DNA from: an uncultured archaeon
GTDB lineage: Archaea; Thermoplasmatota; Penumbrarchaeia; JASLWR01
Assembly: GCA_964342815.1 (NCBI GenBank)
Contig: CAYFHS010000010.1
Coordinates: 32,001-96,000 of the forward strand
Direction of reading: 5' to 3'
DNA length: 64,000 bases
The position numbers and the translations under genes are program-made. The notes below the pieces were generated by a model. That model saw only the letters and a program-made list of their open reading frames with translations. It was not told the origin of the DNA and searched no databases. This document shows positions 50,295 to 60,611 of the stretch, in pieces; position 1 is the stretch's first letter; each line of letters opens with the position of its first letter.

Positions 50295-50430
50295 AATATT
50301 TTCAATGATTTTTGAATTTAGTAGATATAGTCAGGAAATAACCTGAAAAATATAAATAATCCGGAAATCATTATAATAAATGTCATAATTTCTTTAAAAC
50401 GCTTTTTTCTCATTCGAAAGGTGAATAAAA

Positions 50431-53400
50431 ATGAACCGTTTCGTTATGAACTTGCTCTTTGCAGTTTTCGTCATATTTCTGTTCAATCCTTTTTCCAGCA
50501 CTTCCACCAATGCCGAAACCCGGCAGGAGGCCAGAGTGGGCTTAATAGCATCGATAAACTCTAAAACTAAAGGAATATTACAGGAAAATATAGATATGGA
50601 TTTTCCCCCGCCCATCTTTGGTGAAGAAGAATATGCAGGGGAAATTTACGATACCATTCAAATGGAAGACACTTTGGCCATGCCGCTACCAGGCCACCCA
50701 AGAGTCCCTGTGAAAATAATCACCATCGAGAACATGCATCTTATGGAATCTATAGAGGTTGAATATTCCGGGATAGATTATTTTCCTCTCAATCTCGTAC
50801 CGTCCCCAAAGCCCCGCTCACCCTATGCGAGCGAAAGCTGCGAATACATCGATAAATCAGCATATGCCTCAAATATCTTTTTACCCAGCGAAGATTACAA
50901 AATAACGCTTCTGGGCGGAGTATGGAAAGACGGTTACCGATACTGGTCCTATTCCCTAGCTCTCTTCCCCGTGCGCTTCAATCCATCTATAAACCGTGCT
51001 ATGACCTATGATAGTGTTCGGGTCGAGGTGAAGTTCGATGGGGATTCCGAAATCGGGACGCAGTCCTATATTTCAAAGGCCCGAGAGTCGGACCAGGCAG
51101 CCTCAGTAATACCCGGCTCAACCAGTAAGGGGACCCGCTCGACCCGTTCAGGAGATGGTCCGGACCCGGATTACATTATTATAACAACTTCCGGATTTGC
51201 CAATCCCCTGGAGAAACTTGCCGCCTGGAAGACGAAAAAGGGGATTCCCTGTGAAATACAAACCACCGATAGTATCTACAGTTCATATGAGGGAAGTGAT
51301 AATCCCGAGAAGATCAAGAATTTCATTAAAGATATGCACGACCAATACGGGATCACGTACGTCCTTCTCGCAGGCGATTACACCAACGTCCCAGTGAGGC
51401 TATGCAAGGATCCCTCTCCTTATGAGGGTTGGGATGACGGTTGGATACCTGCGGATCAATACTATGCATGTCTCGATCGGACCTGGAACGCAGACGGCGA
51501 CGCTTACTGGGGCGAGAATGGCGACATAAAGGACATACTTGCCGACGTCTATCTCTCAAGGATCGCAATCAGTTCCTATACGAGGATGAGCGATTGGGCC
51601 CAAAGCGTGATAGACTACGAAAAATCTCCCCCCGGAGGGAACTGGATGGAAAAGCTGGTTCTGATCGGTGCGGACAGCCACAGGACTGGTGATGCTGCAA
51701 CCCAGTGTGATTACCTGTATGATAAATACCTCAATACTGCCTTTCAGGAGACCGATAAACTATATGAGAACGGTGGAACCATCCAGAAGTCCGACCTCAC
51801 AGATTCTCTCAACAGTGGTGCGGGTTATGTGAATTTCATCGATCATGGCGGACCCACGGTGTGGTGCCAGAACGGCGGCAACCAGGTACTCTTAAACAAT
51901 AATGACGTGGCTTCCCTCACGAACGGGCGGAAGAAACCGCTAGTAAGCGGTATGGCATGCATGACCTCCTGGTTCGACAACCCGTCGGGATGTGGATACC
52001 AGAATTTCGGTGATTGCATAGGCGAGACCTTCACGGAGAACGCCCAGAACAGGGCAATCGCGTACATCGGTTCATCGAGGAGTGCAACTGCAGCTATCGG
52101 TTATAACTCCTATACTTACGGGGCAGGAGGATTGCAGGAGGATCTCTGCTACCAGCTCGGTCTGGACAATCTTCATATCGGCTCCGCTCATACCGAAGCC
52201 AAAGATCATTACGCCTATTCCTTCGGTAACTGGTTTCCGGACACCGAGGAGAGCGAAGGGGAGATCCAATCCTGCTGGCTGGAACTCAACATGCTGGGAG
52301 AACCCGAAGTACCACTTTGGACTAAAGTTCCGAAAACGTTCCAGGTGAATGTCACAGTTACCCAACAGAGGATCAACGTTAGCGTAAAGGATACGGGCAC
52401 TGGGTCCGGGATTCAGGGAGCACAGGTATGCATCCAGGGAAGCGGGCAGTATATGAGGGGAAAGACAAGTTCCGGGGGCTTTATAGGATTCAACAATCCA
52501 ATGGTGGAAGGTTCCGCGGATGTCACGGTGACTAAACCCAACTACTACACGTACGGGACTATTATCCCCTTTATCGATGTGGTGCCTCCCATCACCGAGT
52601 GCATAATATCTCCCGATGAGCCGGACGGGCTGAACGGATGGTACAACGAAACGCCTACCATAAGTCTTGCCAGCGAGGAATGGGCCGTAATCCGTTACTC
52701 ATTGGATGAGAATGGAGATGATTTCGAAACTTACAGTAAACCTATCAGAGTACCCAATGGTGAGATCACATTCCGATATTGCTCGGAGGATAACTGGGGG
52801 AATAAGGAAGTTCCACGTACGAGCATAATTCGGGTAGACAGCAACACGCCGGTCACGGATATCGAGGTGAATCCGGAGGATCCCACAGGGTCCGGAGGTT
52901 GGTATAATTCGGTTGCCAATGTTACCTTGACGGTGGGAGAAGAAGATATCGAAACGTTTTATCGTATTCTGCAGGATGGTGAACCGGTGGCACCGTTTGG
53001 AGTGTATTCCATTCCTCTCTCACTGAAATTAGAAGGTGAGATATCGATCCAGTATTACAGCATTGACGATGCCGGTAACATTGAAGAAATGCAGGTGGAA
53101 GAGTTACGAATCGACAGGACCCCGCCGGAAGTGTCCATAGATGTTGACCGAGCTCCCGATGGAGCCGGGAACTGGTATTCAGAACTTCCATCCATAATGC
53201 TTTCGTCTACCGACGAAGAGGATGTGATCTATTACTATTTCGATGATAGCCGACACAAACAGTACACACGTTCTTTCGAACCGGACGAAGGTATTCACGT
53301 TCTTCATTTCTACAGTCTGGACACCGCGGGGAATACTGCCGAGGAAAAGACTTATGAATTCAAGGTGGACACAATCCCTCCGGAGGTCACCTGCACTATA

Positions 53401-54936
53401 ACACCCCAGCATCCCAATGGACTGAGCAGGTACTACGTAACGATGCCCGAGATCATGTTCACTTCAGAAGAGAACGTCAGTATAAATTACAGTTGGGACA
53501 ATGTGGAGTTTCACGAATACGACGGGAATATTATCATACCGCTTTCGGAGGGTTTGGTGGAGATCACCTACTACGGTGTGGACCCTGCAGGGAATGTTGG
53601 AGACACAATGTCCAGTATCCTAATGATTGACATAACACCCCCTACTACAACTGTCTTTTTGGACCCTGAAGAACCCAATGGGAACGGAAATTGGTACTCC
53701 TCACTGGACATAGAATTGATCTCGCCCATGAAGGATACGACGGCCACATATTATTATTTCGAGAACTTCACCGAGAGCGAGATTTACTCCGGTACTATCT
53801 CCGCTGAATTGATCCCGGAGGGTATTCACACACTTGTATACTTCTCCCAGGATAGGTCGGGAAACAGAGAAAAGGAAAAAAAGCTGCTTATTAAATATGA
53901 TTCCAAAAAGCCGAAACCATATCTGGAGATCTCCACGGAAAAGGCCAAGATAGATGATACAGTTAGTATACAGGTAGGTAGGTCCAAGGATGATTGCGGT
54001 GGAGACCTGTTATACCTCGTGGATTTTGGTGATGGAGAAAAGACCCGATGGACGATGAAAAAAGAATTGACGCATTCGTATTCGGAGGCCGGTAGATATA
54101 CCATCAAGCTACGTGTACGGGATGAAGCAGGGCACGAGGCATCAAGCGAAGAGATTATAGAGATCGATGAATACTCGTTTTTTGAGACTATGAACAATTA
54201 CCGTGTTGAAAAACCCACCGCGTTCTACGGAATCGTGGCTGCGCTCATGGTGGTCATTGCAGGATTGATCGTGGTTATGATCCTGGTGAGAAAACGAAAA
54301 AAAGTACGAGAAGAAGTCAGGGATCTCTCACCGGATGAGCACGTGGAAGAAAAAGCTGAACCGGACCCGTCGTCAGCTTTACGGACCCCGGGTATTGCGG
54401 AAAAAGATACTTTTCGAAATAATGTATCCCATGAACTAGAGCACCCCATAGAATATATCGGTCCTGAATCAACTGAACGAGGCGGGTGGCAGAACGAAAG
54501 GGCATGGGATTTCGGGGTGGGAGAAAAAAATGCGGATTATTATCCGAACAGCGTCAAAGAAACAGAAATGATTGATGATGGAAGTGATGACGACCTGCTT
54601 TCTCTTCCCGAGAACACACGCAATGATCTCAATACCGGTACCAAACCGAATGATGGTCAATCCGGGGACAGGAAGAAGCGATCTATGGATGATATCTTCG
54701 ATTTCCGCAATCCCATGAAATTCTCGAAATCGGATCAATCCGAAGTGCTTGTGCGAGATAAGGAAGATGGGAAGGAAGATGAGAAAGAAGACTCACCTGT
54801 AAAGTCACCGCTGGACAAGCAAGGTGTGTCAGTAGGTGAACCCTTAGCCGAAAAGGACCGCGAACCTCATTCCGGGAAGTCTGCAGAATCCGCAAATGAT
54901 CTTAACGAAATGAAACTGGATCACTGGGACATATAA
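50431..54936 (+). CDS. Membrane-anchored peptidase C25 (gingipain family): propeptide, catalytic domain, 5 OmpL47-like repeats, PKD, TM, acidic tail
   Basis: LAAWKTKKG, YVLLAGD, ADQYYACLD, catalytic-type FIDHGG and MACMT motifs, LNMLGEPEV; repeats D.TPP.T....P.G.NGWY. Confidence 0.9.
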   Translation: MNRFVMNLLFAVFVIFLFNPFSSTSTNAETRQEARVGLIASINSKTKGILQENIDMDFPPPIFGEEEYAGEIYDTIQMEDTLAMPLPGHPRVPVKIITIENMHLMESIEVEYSGIDYFPLNLVPSPKPRSPYASESCEYIDKSAYASNIFLPSEDYKITLLGGVWKDGYRYWSYSLALFPVRFNPSINRAMTYDSVRVEVKFDGDSEIGTQSYISKARESDQAASVIPGSTSKGTRSTRSGDGPDPDYIIITTSGFANPLEKLAAWKTKKGIPCEIQTTDSIYSSYEGSDNPEKIKNFIKDMHDQYGITYVLLAGDYTNVPVRLCKDPSPYEGWDDGWIPADQYYACLDRTWNADGDAYWGENGDIKDILADVYLSRIAISSYTRMSDWAQSVIDYEKSPPGGNWMEKLVLIGADSHRTGDAATQCDYLYDKYLNTAFQETDKLYENGGTIQKSDLTDSLNSGAGYVNFIDHGGPTVWCQNGGNQVLLNNNDVASLTNGRKKPLVSGMACMTSWFDNPSGCGYQNFGDCIGETFTENAQNRAIAYIGSSRSATAAIGYNSYTYGAGGLQEDLCYQLGLDNLHIGSAHTEAKDHYAYSFGNWFPDTEESEGEIQSCWLELNMLGEPEVPLWTKVPKTFQVNVTVTQQRINVSVKDTGTGSGIQGAQVCIQGSGQYMRGKTSSGGFIGFNNPMVEGSADVTVTKPNYYTYGTIIPFIDVVPPITECIISPDEPDGLNGWYNETPTISLASEEWAVIRYSLDENGDDFETYSKPIRVPNGEITFRYCSEDNWGNKEVPRTSIIRVDSNTPVTDIEVNPEDPTGSGGWYNSVANVTLTVGEEDIETFYRILQDGEPVAPFGVYSIPLSLKLEGEISIQYYSIDDAGNIEEMQVEELRIDRTPPEVSIDVDRAPDGAGNWYSELPSIMLSSTDEEDVIYYYFDDSRHKQYTRSFEPDEGIHVLHFYSLDTAGNTAEEKTYEFKVDTIPPEVTCTITPQHPNGLSRYYVTMPEIMFTSEENVSINYSWDNVEFHEYDGNIIIPLSEGLVEITYYGVDPAGNVGDTMSSILMIDITPPTTTVFLDPEEPNGNGNWYSSLDIELISPMKDTTATYYYFENFTESEIYSGTISAELIPEGIHTLVYFSQDRSGNREKEKKLLIKYDSKKPKPYLEISTEKAKIDDTVSIQVGRSKDDCGGDLLYLVDFGDGEKTRWTMKKELTHSYSEAGRYTIKLRVRDEAGHEASSEEIIEIDEYSFFETMNNYRVEKPTAFYGIVAALMVVIAGLIVVMILVRKRKKVREEVRDLSPDEHVEEKAEPDPSSALRTPGIAEKDTFRNNVSHELEHPIEYIGPESTERGGWQNERAWDFGVGEKNADYYPNSVKETEMIDDGSDDDLLSLPENTRNDLNTGTKPNDGQSGDRKKRSMDDIFDFRNPMKFSKSDQSEVLVRDKEDGKEDEKEDSPVKSPLDKQGVSVGEPLAEKDREPHSGKSAESANDLNEMKLDHWDI

Positions 54937-54983
54937 TTTTTTCAAGTTTTTTTGGCCCTCAACGTCAAATTGGGTGAGATGGA

Positions 54984-56369
54984 ATGACTTCAGGTAAAAC
55001 AAGCAGGGAAATAGTGATAGTGGGACTTGGAGTGGGGGGTCTTTATGCTTCCAAGTCTGCAGCCAGTATTGACCGAAAAGCTCATGTTACAATCATCGAA
55101 AAAAGGGATTACGACATGTTCAGCCCCTGCGGGATGCCCTTTGCACTGAAGGGTATGGTGAAGGACCTCGATGAGTTGAAGCACACTGTTCCCTCAACCC
55201 GGCAGGTATCGAAGTTATTGTCGCATGAATTACTTTCAATTATTCCGGAAGAGAGGAAAATCCTGCTAAGAAATAACGTAAACGGCGAAGAATTTTCAGT
55301 TACTTTCGATTCACTGGTGCTCGCCCTTGGCGCTGCGCCCATCAATCTGCCAATACCAGGTGCCGAGGACTTTTACGGACATGGTTTTCATTTCATGAGC
55401 GATCTCGAAGACGCAAAAAAGCTCCACACCGCAGCCCTGGCGTCCAAGAATAAGACCGCTGTGGTTGTAGGGGGAGGCGCCATAGGGCTGGAGATTGCCG
55501 TGGCACTTAAGACCATGGGACTTGAAGTTCATGTTACCAAGCGAACACCCCCGCCGCTCCCCCGAGACCTTGACCCGAAGATGGGTTCATTTATTATAGA
55601 AAAACTGGAAGAGTTGGGAATTAAGACTTATTTTGGAAAGGGGATCGACCGTATAGACGGAAGTAAATGGATCGAATCGGTGGAGATTGCCGGGGAGACT
55701 ATACCCTGTGATATAGTTGTCATGGCGGTGGGAATGAGACCCCGGGTCCGGCAGGCCGAGGAATGCGGTATCAAAGTAAGCCGAAACGGTATCGTGACGG
55801 ACGAAAGGATGGAAACTAACATTCCTGGAATCTATGCCATAGGAGACTGCGTCGAATCCTTCTCGAGAATAGACGGCGGCAGGGCAAGTATGAGATTGGC
55901 AACGTCGGCGTATCGAATGGGCACCATCGCCGGAACCAACGCTGCAGGCGGCTCCGCGAGGTACAGGGGGGTGGGCAATACTTTCGTTTCAATGGTGGGT
56001 AACCTGGAAGTTTCGGCCACGGGTTACAACCTGGAAGCGGCAGAGAAGGCGGGGTTCGTAAATGCGAAGGGAATAATGACCAAGGCCCTTATAAAACCCC
56101 ACTGGATGCCCGGTGCCACGAGGCTTGTCCTTAGAATTGTTGTGGACGGCGTCGACGGCAGGATTCTCGGAGCACAGGCCATAGGAGAACAGGGCGCCGC
56201 CTGGAGGGTAAATGTTCTCGCTCTCGCCATATCGGCGGGATTGACCGTCCGCGATATTGCAGACGCTGAATTCTCATACTGCCCACCGGTATCCGACGTG
56301 TACGATCCTCTGAGTCAGGTCGCCGAGATAGCCATAAAGAGGCTAAAGCTGGATGGACGCGTCAGATGA
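54984..56369 (+). CDS. FAD-dependent NADH oxidase / CoA-disulfide reductase family
   Basis: GLGVGG FAD motif, redox Cys in SPCGMP, GGGAIGLE NADH motif, IYAIGDC, FSYCPP. Confidence 0.9.
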   Translation: MTSGKTSREIVIVGLGVGGLYASKSAASIDRKAHVTIIEKRDYDMFSPCGMPFALKGMVKDLDELKHTVPSTRQVSKLLSHELLSIIPEERKILLRNNVNGEEFSVTFDSLVLALGAAPINLPIPGAEDFYGHGFHFMSDLEDAKKLHTAALASKNKTAVVVGGGAIGLEIAVALKTMGLEVHVTKRTPPPLPRDLDPKMGSFIIEKLEELGIKTYFGKGIDRIDGSKWIESVEIAGETIPCDIVVMAVGMRPRVRQAEECGIKVSRNGIVTDERMETNIPGIYAIGDCVESFSRIDGGRASMRLATSAYRMGTIAGTNAAGGSARYRGVGNTFVSMVGNLEVSATGYNLEAAEKAGFVNAKGIMTKALIKPHWMPGATRLVLRIVVDGVDGRILGAQAIGEQGAAWRVNVLALAISAGLTVRDIADAEFSYCPPVSDVYDPLSQVAEIAIKRLKLDGRVR

Positions 56370-56452
56370 TGAAGTATTGGGACAAAATTAATATAATCAC
56401 TCGGTATTTCTATTGAGCACTATCAAAATTTCTTTTATAATTTTGAAGCTGA

Positions 56453-58597
56453 GTGGTACCCTTGCTATTTGTTTCAGTCCCAAATCTTTCCCCCGACCGA
56501 AGGTTTCCGGTATCATTACGATTGGCAATATCTATTATGGCGGTCTTATTTTTTATTGTAACGCCGGTAGTTACAACATTATTCAATGAGGGTTTGATAA
56601 AAAAATCGGACAGCATCTTGGGTGAGCAGAGTAAGCTCACCAGTCCGTCAAGAGCAGCGGACCTGCCAGAGATACGTGTTAGTAAAAAATCCATTTTTCG
56701 GGCTGAATCAGCTTTGATCACGATTTTCACGGACAACGACATCAAGGGGCTTTGGTGCGACATATTTTTTTCTCCCGACAATTCAACATGGTTTGAGCTG
56801 CCCGTCCGTACTGCCGAAGATCATTTCGAGGCCGATTATCATACTTCACACTCAATTTCCACAGGTACATACTATTTTCAGGGGGAAGTGGGAAACAAAT
56901 CGGGGGGAACTGCGGAGAAAAGCAGTGTAGTGAAGATAACTGTAAATAATAATCCGCCCACCGCTTTCATATATACCGTATCAAACAAGATGGCTGCCGG
57001 GTTCGAATACCTATTCGATGCAGCGGGCAGTTTCGACCTCGATGGCAACATTAGCGATTATTCATGGGATTTTGGAGATAACACAACTGCAGTGGGAAAG
57101 AAAGTTAAGCATACCTTTTCCGGCATTGGCAATCATACCGTCCGTCTGACGGTCACCGATAACGATGGTGGGAGGACCGAGGTAACAAGTTCCATATCGG
57201 TCGTGGTGAATTCAATTGGAAAAGGGCAATCCGTCTTTACCTTTGGAGATAAGCGAACGATGGTTTTCGGAGACGAAGTGAAAGTAAAAGGAAAAGTAGT
57301 TTTACTGCATAACAAAACAACTCTCTCGGGTCTCCGCACATTAGAGATGAATATCCTGAAAAATGGGAAAATTACTAATCCCGCGGGAATGGAAACGGAA
57401 ACATGGGACGAATACGACCCGGACTCAGGTTACATCACAAGCTTCTGGAGATGCCGTTTCGATTCAACCGAATTGGATGACGGAGAGTATGAATTTGGGA
57501 TCGAGACCACGAACATGTCAATAGGAATTTCTTTTGAAGTCGATAACGAACCTCCATTCTTATCATTCTTCTTCATCGGCCTGGGTATCTTTTTACTTGC
57601 TGCTGTAGCGGGATTTATTATAGAATTGCTGAGACACAGAAAATTAAGGAAAACACTCATGGAAATCGGCTATGAATCGAATGATGTTTTCCGCTATGTT
57701 CCACCGTTTTCCCTCATATCCTTCTTCATTAGCCTTTTATTATTATTTTTCGTATTTTTACTCATCATAAATACTCTGAATAGCTGGCTTTTCGTTCTTC
57801 TGCTTCTCCCGGCCACCGCTGTTTCCGGACTCTTTGCATATTTCTCATTTACGAGAAAATCGATCCCGATTACAATCATCGCCCCACTGCTGTGTTGCGG
57901 TACTGGAACCTTATATCTCCTTGCCCTATTCGACCATTTCATTTTAGCGTTGATCGGAACGGTTATTTTCGTTCTCACTGCCTGCGCTGAGATATTTTCG
58001 TATCTGTTTTACAACCGAAATTTGTTGATCCTTTTCCAGAACCGGGAGGAAAATACCACTTCTGTTGGGACGAACATGACGCTGAACGCTTTCGAGCTAT
58101 ACCGGGACCGGGAGGCCGAGTACAAACGAAATCAAAAATTGTTACGGGCTCCAAAGGTACTTGTTCCGATCATTTTTTTCATTTATGCGGTCATGATGAT
58201 GGGATTCGCGGGCCGCGCAACCCGGGCACCAAAAGGACCAAAGATCGTAAAACCAAAACGGGAGATACCGGAATGGAAGAAGAAGATATTCAAGGCGAAC
58301 ATCTATGGAAAGATTTCATATACCCGATTTACGACGAACGAGGTCAAGATAGGAATTTTCGATGTGAACGATTGGGGAAGGGACGAAAAACTCGCGAGTG
58401 TTTTGCTTGCACAGTTCATAAAGATAATGGGCAGGAAGGAAAATAAAAGATCCTTTGCAAATTCGGTGAAGATAAAATTAATGGCCAGCGATCCGGGGGT
58501 GGAGGAAAAGAAGAAACTGCTCAAGAAAACGGGTTTTGCGAGAGACGCAGGAGAGGGAAGTACGGCGGTGGAGATCTATTGTTTGGATATCACATGA
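56453..58597 (+). CDS. PKD-domain multi-pass membrane protein with a C-terminal GNAT-like domain
   Basis: PKD motif (FDAAGSFDLDGNISDYSWDFGD...HTF..G..TVRLTVTD), about 6 TM helices, C-terminal GNAT-like pattern ending LLKKTGF. Confidence 0.75.
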   Translation: MVPLLFVSVPNLSPDRRFPVSLRLAISIMAVLFFIVTPVVTTLFNEGLIKKSDSILGEQSKLTSPSRAADLPEIRVSKKSIFRAESALITIFTDNDIKGLWCDIFFSPDNSTWFELPVRTAEDHFEADYHTSHSISTGTYYFQGEVGNKSGGTAEKSSVVKITVNNNPPTAFIYTVSNKMAAGFEYLFDAAGSFDLDGNISDYSWDFGDNTTAVGKKVKHTFSGIGNHTVRLTVTDNDGGRTEVTSSISVVVNSIGKGQSVFTFGDKRTMVFGDEVKVKGKVVLLHNKTTLSGLRTLEMNILKNGKITNPAGMETETWDEYDPDSGYITSFWRCRFDSTELDDGEYEFGIETTNMSIGISFEVDNEPPFLSFFFIGLGIFLLAAVAGFIIELLRHRKLRKTLMEIGYESNDVFRYVPPFSLISFFISLLLLFFVFLLIINTLNSWLFVLLLLPATAVSGLFAYFSFTRKSIPITIIAPLLCCGTGTLYLLALFDHFILALIGTVIFVLTACAEIFSYLFYNRNLLILFQNREENTTSVGTNMTLNAFELYRDREAEYKRNQKLLRAPKVLVPIIFFIYAVMMMGFAGRATRAPKGPKIVKPKREIPEWKKKIFKANIYGKISYTRFTTNEVKIGIFDVNDWGRDEKLASVLLAQFIKIMGRKENKRSFANSVKIKLMASDPGVEEKKKLLKKTGFARDAGEGSTAVEIYCLDIT

Positions 58598-58612
58598 GAG
58601 TGCGGTGAAAAG

Positions 58613-59248
58613 ATGACCAAGATAAAGAACGATAAAAATTGGGAAAAGGAGATAAAAAAAATAATCCGAGAAAAAGAAACTGAGCTTAAGGCGGTCATAG
58701 ACGAGCGGGATAGCAAACGGAACGAGGAATTGGATATAGTAAGTAGTATAGAAGAAGTGGTTGAGGCCCGGTCCCGCAATATAATCGATATGGTCAACTC
58801 AAACGAAAAGCTCGGGATCTCACCGGCTCCGCACTTCGAGCTGAGGCCTCACGGTCAGCCAAAGTCGGCGGCCAAAAAGGATGATCTCAATCCCGTTCGA
58901 ATTAAAAAAGATAAATACCCTCACGTCTACGAATACGAGCTGGTTATGCCGAAGCTGTCCGACGTTCTGGCTGTAAACCTTCTTTTCAGGATAGAGATCC
59001 GACGCAGGTTACGCGATAACAAGGAACCCGAATTTTCTCTAGTACTACGGGCCTATCACAAATATCTGGACACCCAGCTGGACCAGAAAGGATTTTTAGA
59101 ACTTCCCTACGGGACAGTGGACGGGGAGAAGGTTGACGAATTCGTGAAAAAAACCTACGGGACATTTCTCGAGAGCTGGTACATGCGGAAGATCGGTGAG
59201 GAACGGGACAAGGAGAGAGAATACAAGGTGGAAATACGTGTAAAGTGA
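58613..59248 (+). CDS. Hypothetical protein with an N-terminal coiled coil
   Basis: GGTGA SD, 15 nt after the upstream gene; charged helical N-terminus, globular C-terminus. Confidence 0.6.
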   Translation: MTKIKNDKNWEKEIKKIIREKETELKAVIDERDSKRNEELDIVSSIEEVVEARSRNIIDMVNSNEKLGISPAPHFELRPHGQPKSAAKKDDLNPVRIKKDKYPHVYEYELVMPKLSDVLAVNLLFRIEIRRRLRDNKEPEFSLVLRAYHKYLDTQLDQKGFLELPYGTVDGEKVDEFVKKTYGTFLESWYMRKIGEERDKEREYKVEIRVK

Positions 59249-59362
59249 TTTTTTCTGCACTCTCAAATCGGGTCGTCTATGAAGCTTGCCTGCACAAAAT
59301 TGGAAAGGGCTAAGCGGAAGTTTAATAAATTGGCAAACCTTTAACTATATATCGGTGATAGG

Positions 59363-59590
59363 ATGAAAATATACGATTATAAAGTGATAATCGAACCTGA
59401 TGACAGCGGTGGATATGTTGTGAGCTGTCCTTCATTTTCTGGGTGTTACAGTCAGGGAGACACCATTGAGGGAGCTATAGCGAATATTAGGGAGGCAATA
59501 CTTCTATGTATAGAGGATATCGAGGAGGAGAGTGAAGAAATCCCCGATCCGTCCAGGTCCCTTATTGCCACGGTAATGGTGGAGGTATGA
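59363..59590 (+). CDS. hicB: HicB-family antitoxin (short, no DNA-binding domain)
   Basis: YVVSCPSFSGCYSQGDTIEGAIANIREAI. Confidence 0.9.
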   Translation: MKIYDYKVIIEPDDSGGYVVSCPSFSGCYSQGDTIEGAIANIREAILLCIEDIEEESEEIPDPSRSLIATVMVEV

Positions 59591-59823
59591 GCCCGCGTTT
59601 ACCGGTTATTTCCGGTGAGCTTTTCGTAAAGGTCCTTGTGAAGATAGGATATTGTGTGATTAGACAACGGGGCAGCCACTTGCGTTTGAAAGATTTAGAT
59701 AATCCTCTCCACAACCCAATTACGATTCCTTTACACAAAGTAATAAAGCCCGGATTATTACGAAAAATTCTCTAGGACGCCGATTTATCAGTAGATGAAT
59801 TCATACGACTTTTAGAAAAATAA
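59587..59823 (+). pseudogene. hicA: HicA-family toxin with an in-frame TAG at 59773-75; the 78-codon frame continues to TAA 59823
   Basis: RQRGSHLRL motif; GLLRKIL*DADLSVDEFIRLLEK matches the HicA terminal helices; ATGA overlap with hicB. Confidence 0.85.
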
Positions 59824-59902
59824 TATGGAAGGAGGATACGCGCGGAACTCCATCATTGATAGACTGTTTTAGGAGATCGTTTATGTTTCCGGAAGTGCTC
59901 TA

Positions 59903-60532
59903 ATGGATTGGACAAAAGAAGAGCTGGAGCGTCATTATGTCGGAAAAATGAAGGTCGTAACCATACCCGTGAACGTATCATTTTCAGGCAGACAAAGAAT
60001 TTTAGAGATGAATGAACTGGAAGATATTCTGAGGAGTGCGGACTTTATAGCGCAAGGTGAATGCGACTGCAGGAAAAAATTCGGAAAATGCGTTGAGCCC
60101 ATGGACGGATGTTTGAGCTTGAACGACGAGGCCCGAGAAATTGTAAAGGCAACCGGATCCAAGCAAATCTCCTTAAGCGAAGCCCTGGAATCCATGAGGC
60201 GGACCTATGAAGCAGGTCTGGTGCATATGGCATATACCTTCGAGGGTGAGGACCAGGTGGGGCAGATATGTTCGTGCTGCTCATGCTGCTGCCATTCCAT
60301 GAGTGCAGCTCTCCGCTTCGGGTACTCCGATCATGTGATCAGCTCGAAGTTTGTTGCTTCGAACGATGGGGAAAAATGCATTGATTGCGGAACCTGTGTC
60401 GAGAGATGCCAGTTCGGTGCAAGAGAGATAATTGACGGCAGATTGGTATACCGCGGGGAAAAATGTTTCGGGTGCGGCCTTTGTGCGGCGATGTGTCCGG
60501 AAGAAGCCATTGGTATGATCAGCAGGAAATAA
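59903..60532 (+). CDS. 4Fe-4S dicluster protein with a Cys-rich N-terminal domain
   Basis: CIDCGTCVERC and CFGCGLCAAMCP ferredoxin motifs; CDCR..C and CSCCSCCC clusters. Confidence 0.88.
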   Translation: MDWTKEELERHYVGKMKVVTIPVNVSFSGRQRILEMNELEDILRSADFIAQGECDCRKKFGKCVEPMDGCLSLNDEAREIVKATGSKQISLSEALESMRRTYEAGLVHMAYTFEGEDQVGQICSCCSCCCHSMSAALRFGYSDHVISSKFVASNDGEKCIDCGTCVERCQFGAREIIDGRLVYRGEKCFGCGLCAAMCPEEAIGMISRK

Positions 60533-60611
60533 TCATCTTCACAAATAAATTATTAATTGTGGGGAGTCGAATATTCGAAATCGTCAAATCATGCCGGAAG
60601 CTCGATTTCGC

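Noticed and set aside
56270-56290. Extra Cys in the YCPP motif of the NADH oxidase/CoA-disulfide reductase
   Set aside because: A single substitution at a variable position of the YxPP motif; not enough to claim new chemistry.
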